62,458 nt of DNA from positions 1-62,458 of the forward strand of contig JBGTOG010000366.1 of the NCBI GenBank assembly GCA_041742675.1. The letters are read 5' to 3'. Source of the DNA: Gemmatimonadaceae bacterium. Lineage in GTDB: Bacteria; Gemmatimonadota; Gemmatimonadetes; Gemmatimonadales; Gemmatimonadaceae. The notes below the pieces were generated by a model, which was not told the DNA's origin, made no database searches, and saw only the letters and a program-made list of their open reading frames with translations. Positions 8,044-17,294 of this stretch are shown one piece after another. The position numbers and the translations under genes were made by a program. Numbering within the stretch: the first letter of the stretch is position 1; each line of letters opens with the position of its first letter.

Positions 8044-10869
8044 ATGACCGACCGCATGAAACGCGCACCGACCGTCGCGCCTGCTGAACCACTCGACGAA
8101 CCGCTGCGAGACGACATCCGCCTTCTCGGGCGGTTGCTCGGCGACACACTCCGGGAGCAGGAAGGCGACGAAGTATTCGACATCGTGGAATCCGTGCGCC
8201 GAGCCGCTGTGCGATTTGCGCGCGAAGGCAACGCCGAGGATCGCGAGGCGCTCAATGCCATGCTGCGCGATCTGCCTGAGCGGACGATGCTCTCCGTCGT
8301 GCGCGCATTCACGTATTTCCTGCAGCTCGCCAACATCGCTGAGGACGCGCACCAGATTCGGCAGTATCGAGAAGGTGAGTTGGCTGGCGTAGCGCGTGGT
8401 GAAGGCAGCATGCAGCACGCGCTTGCTGCCGTGCAGCGCGCGCCACGATTCGCCAACGGTGACGCACTGGTGATTCAGGCACTGCGCGAATTCTTTGATA
8501 CGGCACACATTTCACCGGTGCTCACCGCGCATCCCACCGAAGTGCAGCGACAGAGCACACAGCGTGCACTGCAGGCGATCGGCGCCTTGCTCGACCGACG
8601 CGACCGCGTGCATCAAACGCCAGATGAGATGCACCAGATGGACGAGCAGTTGGCGCAACTCGTGCTGACGCTCTGGCATACTCGGATGGTGCGGCCGAAC
8701 CGTCTCCATGTCATCGACGAAGTGAAGAACGGTGTGCACTACTTCGCGCACACGTTTCTCCCTGAGCTGCCGCGCCTGTACGGACAAGTGGAGGATTCAC
8801 TGCGCGAGCGCCTGCCAGAGGAACCGTGGGCGCTCCCGAGTTTTTTTCGGGTCGGCAGCTGGATAGGTGGCGATCGGGACGGCAATCCGTACGTGAACGC
8901 GACGGTGCTCCGGGAAACGATCCGCTTGCAGAGCGGCACGGCGCTCACGTACTACCTCAACGAAGTGCATCTGCTCGGCGAGGAGCTCCCGCTTTCCGAG
9001 CTGCTGTTACCGGTGACACCGGCACTCAAAGCGCTCTCCGATGTGTCGCCTGACAAGCAACCGCAGCGGGTTGATGAACCGTATCGCCGCGCACTGATTG
9101 GCGTGTACGCGCGACTCGCGGCCACGGCGCGTGCGTTGGAAGTCACGACCTCGGCGCGTGTGCCGGTGGCGGAGGTTGCGCCGTATGACAATGTCGCCGC
9201 GTTTGCTCGAGATCTACACGTCGTGCGCGACTCCCTGGAGAGCCACCAGGTCGCGCGACTGGCGTCGGGCCGATTGCGTCGGCTGATCCGGGCGACTGAT
9301 GTGTTTGGTTTTCATCTGGCGCCGCTCGATCTTCGTCAGAACGCTGATGTGCACGAGCGTGTTGCCGACGAGCTGCTGCGATGCGCTGGTGTGTGTGATC
9401 ACTACCTTTCGCTGAGCGAAGCGGCGCGTATTGAGCTGCTGACGAAGGAACTGCAGGGTACGCGACCACTGTACTCCGGCTATCTCGAATACAGCGATGA
9501 AGCACAAAGCGAACTTGATATCGTCTTTGCTGCCGCCGCGCTGCGTGCACGGTACGGTGACGCTGCGTTGCCGCACTACATCATTTCCAAGTGCGATGGT
9601 TTGTCGGACTTGCTGGAAGTCGCGCTGTTGCTCAAGGAAGCGGCGCTGATGACGGGTGGCGGTTCGCCGTCGCTGCGCATGCAGATCATTCCGCTTTTTG
9701 AGACGATTGCAGACCTGCGCAATGCAGCACGTACGATGCGCAGCGCATTCGATCTGCCGCTGTATCGCGCGTTGGTCTCATCACGTGGCGACGTGCACGA
9801 GGTGATGCTCGGCTATTCCGACAGCAACAAGGATGGCGGATTTCTGACGTCCGGGTGGGAGTTGTATCAGGCGGAGCAGGCGCTCATGAAGCTGTTCCGC
9901 GAATACGGTGTGCGGCTGCGTCTCTTTCACGGACGCGGGGGGTCGGTGGGTCGAGGTGGTGGGCCGAGCTATCAGGCGGTGCTCGCGCAGCCAGCTGGCG
10001 TGGTGAACGGACAGATACGTGTGACGGAACAGGGTGAGGTGATCACGTCCAAGTATTCCACGCCGGAAGTGGGTCGCCGCAATCTCGAACGACTGATGTC
10101 GGCAACGGTGGAAGCCACCCTTACCGATCATGAGAACGCTGTCGAATCGGCGGATGGCTTTCATCCGGTGATGGATCGGCTTTCTGCGCTGGCGTTTCGC
10201 GCCTACCGCGATCTGGTGTACGACACGCCCGGATTCACGCAGTATTTCCATGAGTCCACACCGCTGTCGGAGATTGCCACGCTCAACATTGGCAGCCGAC
10301 CGGCCTCACGCGCGTCGTCGGGACGGATTGAGGATTTGCGTGCGATCCCGTGGGTGTTCTCGTGGGCGCAGTGCCGCGTACTGCTGCCGGGTTGGTACGG
10401 CTTTGGCACTGCGGTTGATGCGTGGCTCAAGGAAACACCGGACGGGTTGCCAACGCTGCAACGCATGGCGCAGATATGGCCGTTCTTCCGCATGTTGCTT
10501 TCGAACATGGATATGGTGCTTGGCAAATCCGATATGGCCGTTGCCTCGCGCTATGCGGAACTCGTGTCCGATGTGGCACTACGCGAGAAGATCTTCGGGA
10601 CGATTCACGCGGAGTGGGAGCGCACACGCAACGCATTGCTTGCGATCACCGGTCAGGCGCAACTGCACGGAGAGAACGCGGATCTTGAACGCTCCTTCGC
10701 GAACCGTGTGCCGTACATGGATCCGCTCAATCATTTGCAGATTGCGCTATTGCGCCGGCATCGTGAAGGCGGGCCGCACGCCGCGGGGGATCAACCGGCA
10801 AGTCGCGTAGAGCGCGGAATCCACCTTACGATTAACGGGATTTCGGCGGGTTTGCGCAACAGCGGGTGA
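8044..10869 (+). CDS. ppc: phosphoenolpyruvate carboxylase
   Basis: The ORF is open from 7972, but the ATG at 8044 (MTDRMKRAP) avoids overlap with the kinase gene. Motifs are VLTAHPTEVQRQS, GYSDSNKDGGFLTS, FHGRGGSVGRGGGP and the C-terminal ...GLRNSG. Confidence 0.95.
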   Translation: MTDRMKRAPTVAPAEPLDEPLRDDIRLLGRLLGDTLREQEGDEVFDIVESVRRAAVRFAREGNAEDREALNAMLRDLPERTMLSVVRAFTYFLQLANIAEDAHQIRQYREGELAGVARGEGSMQHALAAVQRAPRFANGDALVIQALREFFDTAHISPVLTAHPTEVQRQSTQRALQAIGALLDRRDRVHQTPDEMHQMDEQLAQLVLTLWHTRMVRPNRLHVIDEVKNGVHYFAHTFLPELPRLYGQVEDSLRERLPEEPWALPSFFRVGSWIGGDRDGNPYVNATVLRETIRLQSGTALTYYLNEVHLLGEELPLSELLLPVTPALKALSDVSPDKQPQRVDEPYRRALIGVYARLAATARALEVTTSARVPVAEVAPYDNVAAFARDLHVVRDSLESHQVARLASGRLRRLIRATDVFGFHLAPLDLRQNADVHERVADELLRCAGVCDHYLSLSEAARIELLTKELQGTRPLYSGYLEYSDEAQSELDIVFAAAALRARYGDAALPHYIISKCDGLSDLLEVALLLKEAALMTGGGSPSLRMQIIPLFETIADLRNAARTMRSAFDLPLYRALVSSRGDVHEVMLGYSDSNKDGGFLTSGWELYQAEQALMKLFREYGVRLRLFHGRGGSVGRGGGPSYQAVLAQPAGVVNGQIRVTEQGEVITSKYSTPEVGRRNLERLMSATVEATLTDHENAVESADGFHPVMDRLSALAFRAYRDLVYDTPGFTQYFHESTPLSEIATLNIGSRPASRASSGRIEDLRAIPWVFSWAQCRVLLPGWYGFGTAVDAWLKETPDGLPTLQRMAQIWPFFRMLLSNMDMVLGKSDMAVASRYAELVSDVALREKIFGTIHAEWERTRNALLAITGQAQLHGENADLERSFANRVPYMDPLNHLQIALLRRHREGGPHAAGDQPASRVERGIHLTINGISAGLRNSG

Positions 10870-11035
10870 TACTCTGGTCGAGCGCACGGGCGGGAGTACG
10901 GACACTGGAGCGCTCCAAGGTGGCACCGCAGGGTGCGCCCCTACAGATTCGATGCAGTTGCGCTAGCCATTCTGTTTTCGTGCGCACGGCAACTGCCGCA
11001 TTCCGCGCGCCAGTGTTTCCCTTCCGTCCGCCGCC

Positions 11036-12445
11036 ATGTACGTGACTGGTCATACCGTTTCCCGAGTGGCTGCGGCCCTCTGCATTGCCGGCCTCTTGGC
11101 GGTCGCGCCGAATCTGTGCGCCCAGTCACCCGTGCGCGTGTCCGAGGCGTCAGCGCTACTGCCCTGGTCGGAACAAATTGCGGTCCGCGAAGCCTGGCTG
11201 GCGAAGCGTCATGCGATGCTGCTGCCCATGATGCGTCGGCACAACATCGGCATGTGGCTTGTGGTGAATGAAGAGTTTCACGATGATCCTCTCACGCAGT
11301 ACATCGCTCCCCCTCGCCCGTACACCGGCAATCGTGACATTTTCGTGTTTGTGGACGGCGGTGACGCGGGTCTCAAGAAGTACGCGATCACGGGCTACAC
11401 CGAAGAAAACCTGACACGCTTTTTCGACGCGCCCAGTGACGAGCCGCGTCCGCCGGCGGCGACGCTTCGGGAGCTGTACCAGACGTGGAAGCCAGCGACG
11501 ATTGGACTTGGCATTCGCGGTCGACGCGGGCAGACGCGGTCGCTCGGCTTCGATGCGCATCGCTTTCTTGCGGAGACGCTGGGCGAGGAGGCCGAAGCAA
11601 AGTTTACGAGCGCCAGCGACCTGATCGAGGAGTATCTCGACACACGGTTGCCCGACGAGCTGGAGCATTACCGCACCGCGGTGGCGGTGACCGAAGCGAT
11701 CGTGAAGCGCGCCCTTTCGAATGATGTGATTACTCCGGGCCGGACCACGGTCGGCGACGTTCGCAACGCGCTGTTCGACATGTTGTGGGCCGCAGGCGTG
11801 CGAACGTGGTTTCAGCCGGATCTCCGGGTGCAGCGAGCCGGCGCCGATATCGCGACGTCGCGCGGATTCCTGGCCGTGGCTCCTGAAAGCACCACCATAG
11901 TGCCCGGTGACGTCGTGCACATCGACTTCGGGATCACGTACATGGGATTTGACACCGACTGGCAGAAGCTGGCGTATGTACTCAAGGCGGGTGAGACCGA
12001 AGCACCGGCCGGACTGCGTCAGGCGATGGCCAACAGCAACGCACTGCAGGATGCACTCATGCTGCGGCACGCGCGTCCGGGGGTGACGGCGGGGAATGTG
12101 TTCAATGCGACGATGGCGGAGATGCGCGAACGTGGAATCGAGGCGATGATTTATTCACACCCCATTGGTGCGCAGGGTCACGGTCTTGGTGCGTCGATCG
12201 ACTTTCGCAGTGCGCTGCGCAGCGATACGACCACGCAGAACTCTCGGCTGCGCGCCGGTTCCTACATGTCGATTGAGCTCAACACGGCGACGCCGGTCCC
12301 TGAATGGGATGGCAAGAAGCTTTTTGTGATGTTCGAAGACGACGCCCACCTCACCGACAGCGGCTATCGATTCTTCCGTCCACGACAGGAACAGTTCTAC
12401 CTGATTCGCGCCTCGCCGGATGCCCTCGAGCGGGGTTCGCCGTGA
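11036..12445 (+). CDS. secreted M24-family metallopeptidase (Xaa-Pro aminopeptidase-like)
   Basis: 469-aa ORF with signal-like N-terminus [21 protein letters not shown]. Pita-bread-fold motifs are [31 protein letters not shown] and SIELN. Confidence 0.8.
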   Translation: MYVTGHTVSRVAAALCIAGLLAVAPNLCAQSPVRVSEASALLPWSEQIAVREAWLAKRHAMLLPMMRRHNIGMWLVVNEEFHDDPLTQYIAPPRPYTGNRDIFVFVDGGDAGLKKYAITGYTEENLTRFFDAPSDEPRPPAATLRELYQTWKPATIGLGIRGRRGQTRSLGFDAHRFLAETLGEEAEAKFTSASDLIEEYLDTRLPDELEHYRTAVAVTEAIVKRALSNDVITPGRTTVGDVRNALFDMLWAAGVRTWFQPDLRVQRAGADIATSRGFLAVAPESTTIVPGDVVHIDFGITYMGFDTDWQKLAYVLKAGETEAPAGLRQAMANSNALQDALMLRHARPGVTAGNVFNATMAEMRERGIEAMIYSHPIGAQGHGLGASIDFRSALRSDTTTQNSRLRAGSYMSIELNTATPVPEWDGKKLFVMFEDDAHLTDSGYRFFRPRQEQFYLIRASPDALERGSP

Positions 12446-12699
12446 CCGCTTCTGCAAACCCCAATCCGCTGCACGGTGTCACACTGCAGCACATGATCGA
12501 GCACCTCGTTGAGCGATACGGATGGGATGGACTGGGCACCCGCATCAGTATTCGCTGTTTCACGCATGATCCCAGCGTCCCATCGTCGCTCAAGTTCCTT
12601 CGCAAAACACCGTGGGCGCGAGCGAAGGTTGAATCACTCTACACACATTCCGTCGCACACCCGCGCAAGTCGCAGGCGGCGTCGTTGCCGTCTGTCTGA
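12442..12699 (+). CDS. VF530/DUF2132-family small protein
   Basis: The GTG at 12442 overlaps the upstream stop (GTGA). The translation [60 protein letters not shown] matches the DUF2132 pattern. Confidence 0.7.
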   Translation: MTASANPNPLHGVTLQHMIEHLVERYGWDGLGTRISIRCFTHDPSVPSSLKFLRKTPWARAKVESLYTHSVAHPRKSQAASLPSV

Positions 12700-12769
12700 T
12701 CAAGAATCGCTCTTCAGGCGTCATTACCGTCCGCCTGATCATGTATCGCTCTTCACTTGTGAGCACACC

Positions 12770-14410
12770 ATGACGACACGTCGTGATTTTTTGAAGACCT
12801 CAGGCGCCGCCGTCGGCACATCGATGCTCGTCGGCTCAGCGTTCAGCGCGATTCCGGGCATGCTGTCGGCGGCGCCGGCGCCCACCAGTCGATCGCTCGA
12901 CACATTCCGTGACATCCCTGGCGTTCGCGAGCTGATGGCCTCAGCGCTCGCCGCGGCGAAGGCTGCCGGCGCGTCGTATGCCGACGTGCGATGCAGCCGG
13001 CAGCGCCAGAACTTCGTGCAGACGCGTGAAGCACAGATTCTGAACATCGTGGATACCGATACCATCGGCATCGGCGTGCGTGTACTGGTCGATGGCACGT
13101 GGGGCTTTGCCGGAACACGCGTACTTACCAACGATGGCGCGGCAGCAGCGGCGCGTGAAGCGACCGCCATCGCCAAGGCCTCGCGTATCGGTCGCACGAA
13201 CGGGGTGGAATGGCTGCCCGCGCCAACGGTGAGCAACGGCGTCTGGAAAAGCGCCTTCACCACGGATCCGTGGGACGTGCCGCTCGAAGAGAAGGCAGAG
13301 CTCTTGCTCGCGGCGAATGCGGCGGCCATGAAGACGAAGAACGTGAAGTACTGCTTCAGCGCACTGTTTCTGGTCAAGGATGAACGGCACTATGCGAACA
13401 GCGACGGCACGGTCACGCAGCAAGACGTGATTCGCTCCTGGCCGCTGATGCAGATCACCGCGATTTCCGACGACTTTACGGACTTCCAGAATCGTGGCAA
13501 CGTGGTAGCGCCTATGGCCCGCGGCTGGGAGTATGTGCTCAGCAGTGATCTGGTGGGCAACGCACCACGCTGGGGCGAAGAAGCGGCGGCGAAGCTTGGC
13601 GCCAAACCGGTTGATGTGGGCCGCTACGATCTGGTGCTTGATCCCGGCAACATGTGGCTCACCATTCACGAGAGCATCGGTCATCCCACCGAACTTGATC
13701 GCGCCATGGGCTACGAGGCGAACTACGCCGGCACCAGCTTCATTGCGCCGCCAGAAAAGATGCTCGGCACGCTCAAGTACGGTCCGTCCATGCTCAATGT
13801 GCAGGGTGATCGCTCTCAGGAGGGTGGACTGTCCACCATTGGCTGGGATGATGATGGCGTGAAGCCTGATGACTTTCTCATCGTGAAAGACGGGATGTTT
13901 AATGACTACCAAACCACGCGCGAACAGGCACCATGGCTGCGCTGGTGGTACGAGAAGAACAATCAGCCGGTGCGCTCACACGGCTGCTCGTATGCGCAAG
14001 GTTGGGACAACGTGCAGTTCCAGCGCATGCCGAATGTGAGTGTGATGCCGGGGGAGCAGGATCTCTCGATGGATGATCTGATCGCTGCGACGGATCGCGG
14101 CATTCTCATCATTGGTGATGGCAGCTTTTCCATTGATCAGCAGCGCTACAACGCGCAGTTCGGCGGACAGGTGTTCCGCGAGATTCGCGGTGGCAAGGTG
14201 GTCGGCGAGCTGAAAGATGTCGCGTACCAGATTCGCACGCCCGACTTCTGGAACTCACTCGACATGCTGGGCGGCAAGTCGAGCTATGAGCTCGGCGGCA
14301 GCTTTTTTGACGGCAAGGGTCAGCCGCCACAGGTGAATGCGGTGAGTCACGGCTCTCCTCCCGCGCGCTTTCGCAATGTCAACGTGATCAACACCGGGAG
14401 GAAGGGCTGA
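12770..14410 (+). CDS. TldD/PmbA-family metallopeptidase, Tat signal (TldD-like, HExxxH-bearing subunit)
   Basis: The ORF is open from 12509. The ATG at 12770 gives MTTRRDFLKTSGAAVGTSMLVGSAFSA (twin-arginine signal). The HESIGHPTELDR motif is present. Confidence 0.85.
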   Translation: MTTRRDFLKTSGAAVGTSMLVGSAFSAIPGMLSAAPAPTSRSLDTFRDIPGVRELMASALAAAKAAGASYADVRCSRQRQNFVQTREAQILNIVDTDTIGIGVRVLVDGTWGFAGTRVLTNDGAAAAAREATAIAKASRIGRTNGVEWLPAPTVSNGVWKSAFTTDPWDVPLEEKAELLLAANAAAMKTKNVKYCFSALFLVKDERHYANSDGTVTQQDVIRSWPLMQITAISDDFTDFQNRGNVVAPMARGWEYVLSSDLVGNAPRWGEEAAAKLGAKPVDVGRYDLVLDPGNMWLTIHESIGHPTELDRAMGYEANYAGTSFIAPPEKMLGTLKYGPSMLNVQGDRSQEGGLSTIGWDDDGVKPDDFLIVKDGMFNDYQTTREQAPWLRWWYEKNNQPVRSHGCSYAQGWDNVQFQRMPNVSVMPGEQDLSMDDLIAATDRGILIIGDGSFSIDQQRYNAQFGGQVFREIRGGKVVGELKDVAYQIRTPDFWNSLDMLGGKSSYELGGSFFDGKGQPPQVNAVSHGSPPARFRNVNVINTGRKG

Positions 14411-15855
14411 TGTCGACACGTCATGAGAAGAACTGGAACGCGCTCACGCGGCGTGACCTGCTGGTTGCCCCCACGGATGCGCTGCGGAAAGGTGTGCCGC
14501 TGTTTGATGCGGCTGCCGACGCGATCGTCACGCGCGAACAGGCGCAGGCAATTGTTGAACAGGCCGTGCGTGTATCCAAAGCAGACGGCATTGATGTGCA
14601 GATCAATACGTATTACAACGGCAACGTGCGCTTCGCCGCCAATCAGATTTCCACCAGCGGCGCGACCACCGACGCGCAGTTGGCTGTGCAGAGCAGCTTT
14701 GGGCCCAAGCATGCGGTTGTGACGTCGAATGATCTTTCACCTGAAGGCATTCAGCGCGCGGTGGAACAGAGTGAGCGCATGGCGCGTCTCGCGCCTGATG
14801 ATCCCGAGGCGATGCCGCCGCTCGGCGTGCAGCACTACAACCCCGTGAACGCGTACTTTGAGTCAACCGCGGCGTTGACCGCAGACAGTCGAGCTCGTGC
14901 CTGTCTGACGGCGCTGGAGATGTCGCGCGGTGAAGGCAATCTGAAGGCCGCTGGCTATCTCGTGGCTGGCATGGGCGCGAGTGCCATTGGTAACAAGGCT
15001 GGCATGTTTGCGTACCGTCGCGCGACGAGTTCGAACTATTCACTTACGGTGCGCTCGGATGATGGCACCGGTTCTGGTTGGGCGGCGGCGGATCATCCCG
15101 ACTGGTCGCAGCTTGATGCGCGCGCGGTAGCACAGCGGGCCACTGACAAGGCGAAGGCCTCCGTGAATCCCGTGGCGATTGAACCCGGGCGCTATACGGT
15201 GATCCTTGAACCGCAGGCGGTGGGCGATCTCGTCCAACTGCTGGCCGGTTACGCCGACGCGCGCAGCGCCGATGAAGGGCGCAGTCCGTTTGTGAAGGAG
15301 GGCGGCGGTAACAAGGTGGGCGAAAAGATTGTCGATGAGCGTGTCACGATCTTCTCCGATCCTGCTGACCCGCAGCTGCTCGGTCAGCCCTATGATGGCG
15401 AAGGCATGCCGATTGGCCGACAGGTGTGGATCGAGAACGGCGTGCTCAAACAGCTGATCTACTCGCGCTTCTGGGCGCAGAAGCAGGGCAAGCAGGCCAC
15501 GGGCGGGCCGACCACGTTCAAGATGGCTGGTGGTACGCAGTCTGTAGATGATCTCGTGCGTGGCACTGAGCGTGGCATTCTTGTCACGCGCTTGTGGTAT
15601 CTGCGAGAGGTGGATCCCCGCACGGTGCTGTACACCGGACTCACCCGCGATGGTACCTTCCTCGTGGAAGGCGGGAAGGTGACGAAATCCCTGCGCAACT
15701 TCCGCTTCAACGAGTCGCCACTGTTCATGCTCAACAATCTTGAAGCGTTGGGTCAGGCCGAGCGTTTGGCGGGGACAGAGGCGGGTGGCAGTGTGGCCAT
15801 GCCATCGCTGCGGGCGCGCGACTTCAACTTCACGTCGTTGTCGGAGGCGGTGTAG
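14410..15855 (+). CDS. TldD/PmbA-family protein (PmbA/TldE-like partner, no HExxxH)
   Basis: 481-aa ORF whose ATG overlaps the upstream TGA by 1 nt. Family-typical C-terminal motifs are GILVTRLWYLR and VAMPSLRARDFNFTS. Confidence 0.85.
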   Translation: MSTRHEKNWNALTRRDLLVAPTDALRKGVPLFDAAADAIVTREQAQAIVEQAVRVSKADGIDVQINTYYNGNVRFAANQISTSGATTDAQLAVQSSFGPKHAVVTSNDLSPEGIQRAVEQSERMARLAPDDPEAMPPLGVQHYNPVNAYFESTAALTADSRARACLTALEMSRGEGNLKAAGYLVAGMGASAIGNKAGMFAYRRATSSNYSLTVRSDDGTGSGWAAADHPDWSQLDARAVAQRATDKAKASVNPVAIEPGRYTVILEPQAVGDLVQLLAGYADARSADEGRSPFVKEGGGNKVGEKIVDERVTIFSDPADPQLLGQPYDGEGMPIGRQVWIENGVLKQLIYSRFWAQKQGKQATGGPTTFKMAGGTQSVDDLVRGTERGILVTRLWYLREVDPRTVLYTGLTRDGTFLVEGGKVTKSLRNFRFNESPLFMLNNLEALGQAERLAGTEAGGSVAMPSLRARDFNFTSLSEAV

Positions 15856-15904
15856 CGGCGTCAATGCGCGCGGTCGCGCGTAATACCGCAAATTTCAACG
15901 CGCG

Positions 15905-17149
15905 CTATCGCGAGCCGGTCTCAATGCGATAGCGCGCGACGAAGTTTTCTCCAGTCTCCGCCGTTCCCGTGAGATAGACATCGGCGCCGCGTGCGTCCTC
16001 GAAACGTGTATTCCAGGGCAGGACAATGGTCGCGAGCAGCCGACCGTCGAGCTGGAAGACATCGTACGTTGGTTGTTCCTTCCAGTCGCGACGCGGACGT
16101 TTGTCGTTGGCAGCGCGATCCGCTCCCTTGCGATAGACCGCGGCCACATAGCGACGCACCCAGATGCGTCCATCGGAGTCGCTTTTGAGTTCACTGAACG
16201 GCGGCTTTTCGCGTGGGATACTGTAGTCGCGTTTGCCGGATCCAGCCACGATCACGTTCTTTGGTGGCGGCGGAGCGTTTCTCGCGCGGTCCTCAAAGAA
16301 CGATGCCCATGCTTCCCATTCCTTGCGTTCGTCGCCCGTGATGCGGATGGGATCGAAGTTGCGCTCAATGCGAACGGTTGGCGCACCCGGACGACGGACC
16401 TCGAATGCATACGATTGGTTGTCACCCGTCAGCAGTGCACCACGACTGCTCATAGTGCTCACGATGTCCCGATTGAACGGCCGATCATATCCCGACGCGG
16501 TGGAAAGCACAAACGACTGGCCGCTGCCGGGAGATTGCGGGATGTCGATGGTGTCGACCACCTGACCTTCCGGCGAAACGCGGATCCAGCCATAGCCAAC
16601 CGCCGTACCCGCCATTGGTGAGGCGGTGCCGGGCATGCGTGTTGTACCACGCACATAGGCGAAGCCTTCGTGATCAACGCGAAAGAGGTCGGCGGCAAAG
16701 AGTCCGCTCGGTACGCTGACCTCACGCAGGCGATCGCCTGCCGCCGAGTACGTGGTGAGCCGCCGCAGACGATTGTCCCACAGCATGATGCGGCCGTCGC
16801 GCAATGTGGCTACGCCGCCCATGGATCGGTATTCGCCGGGCCCTTCACCATTGCCCCCGATGATGCGAACAAACACGCCCGTCGAGTCATACACGCGAAG
16901 CGCTGGTGTCGCATCGTCGGCGACCACAAACTCGCCTGACGCGCCGATGGCCACGCTGGCAACGCGTCCGATTTCGTAGTTCGGATCTCCCTCGAGCACG
17001 CCGACTCGCGCCGCTTCAATGAGGCGAACACCAGCGCCCCACACGGGCGGATTCGATGACTTGATCACCACCGGTTGCTGCGCGCCCAGGGGCAACACGT
17101 GCAGAAGGCCGACACATGCGACAGCGCTGAGAGAACGAAACAGATGCAT
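15905..17149 (-). CDS. secreted hypothetical protein, putative beta-propeller fold (paralogue of 53316..54560)
   Basis: The ORF is open to 17224. The ATG at 17149 gives signal peptide MHLFRSLSAVACVGLLHVLPLGAQQ. It carries the GEGPGEYR motif and an ...ARYRIETGSR C-terminus. The protein is 414 aa. Confidence 0.6.
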   Translation of the reverse strand: MHLFRSLSAVACVGLLHVLPLGAQQPVVIKSSNPPVWGAGVRLIEAARVGVLEGDPNYEIGRVASVAIGASGEFVVADDATPALRVYDSTGVFVRIIGGNGEGPGEYRSMGGVATLRDGRIMLWDNRLRRLTTYSAAGDRLREVSVPSGLFAADLFRVDHEGFAYVRGTTRMPGTASPMAGTAVGYGWIRVSPEGQVVDTIDIPQSPGSGQSFVLSTASGYDRPFNRDIVSTMSSRGALLTGDNQSYAFEVRRPGAPTVRIERNFDPIRITGDERKEWEAWASFFEDRARNAPPPPKNVIVAGSGKRDYSIPREKPPFSELKSDSDGRIWVRRYVAAVYRKGADRAANDKRPRRDWKEQPTYDVFQLDGRLLATIVLPWNTRFEDARGADVYLTGTAETGENFVARYRIETGSR

Positions 17150-17294
17150 CACACCTCCGCGCAGCCGGCAGCATTGCCAGCGCTGGGTTGGACCACGATC
17201 ATTCATGCCCGTAGCACGACGCACGAGGTTGGATCGGACTGCACCCAGTTTACCCCCGGGTCAGCGAACGGTCCACCGCATCCAGTACCGACAC

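Noticed and set aside
7482-8456. A 324-aa minus-strand ORF across the kinase/ppc junction
   Set aside because: It is antisense to two motif-supported genes and has low-complexity Arg/Ser composition.
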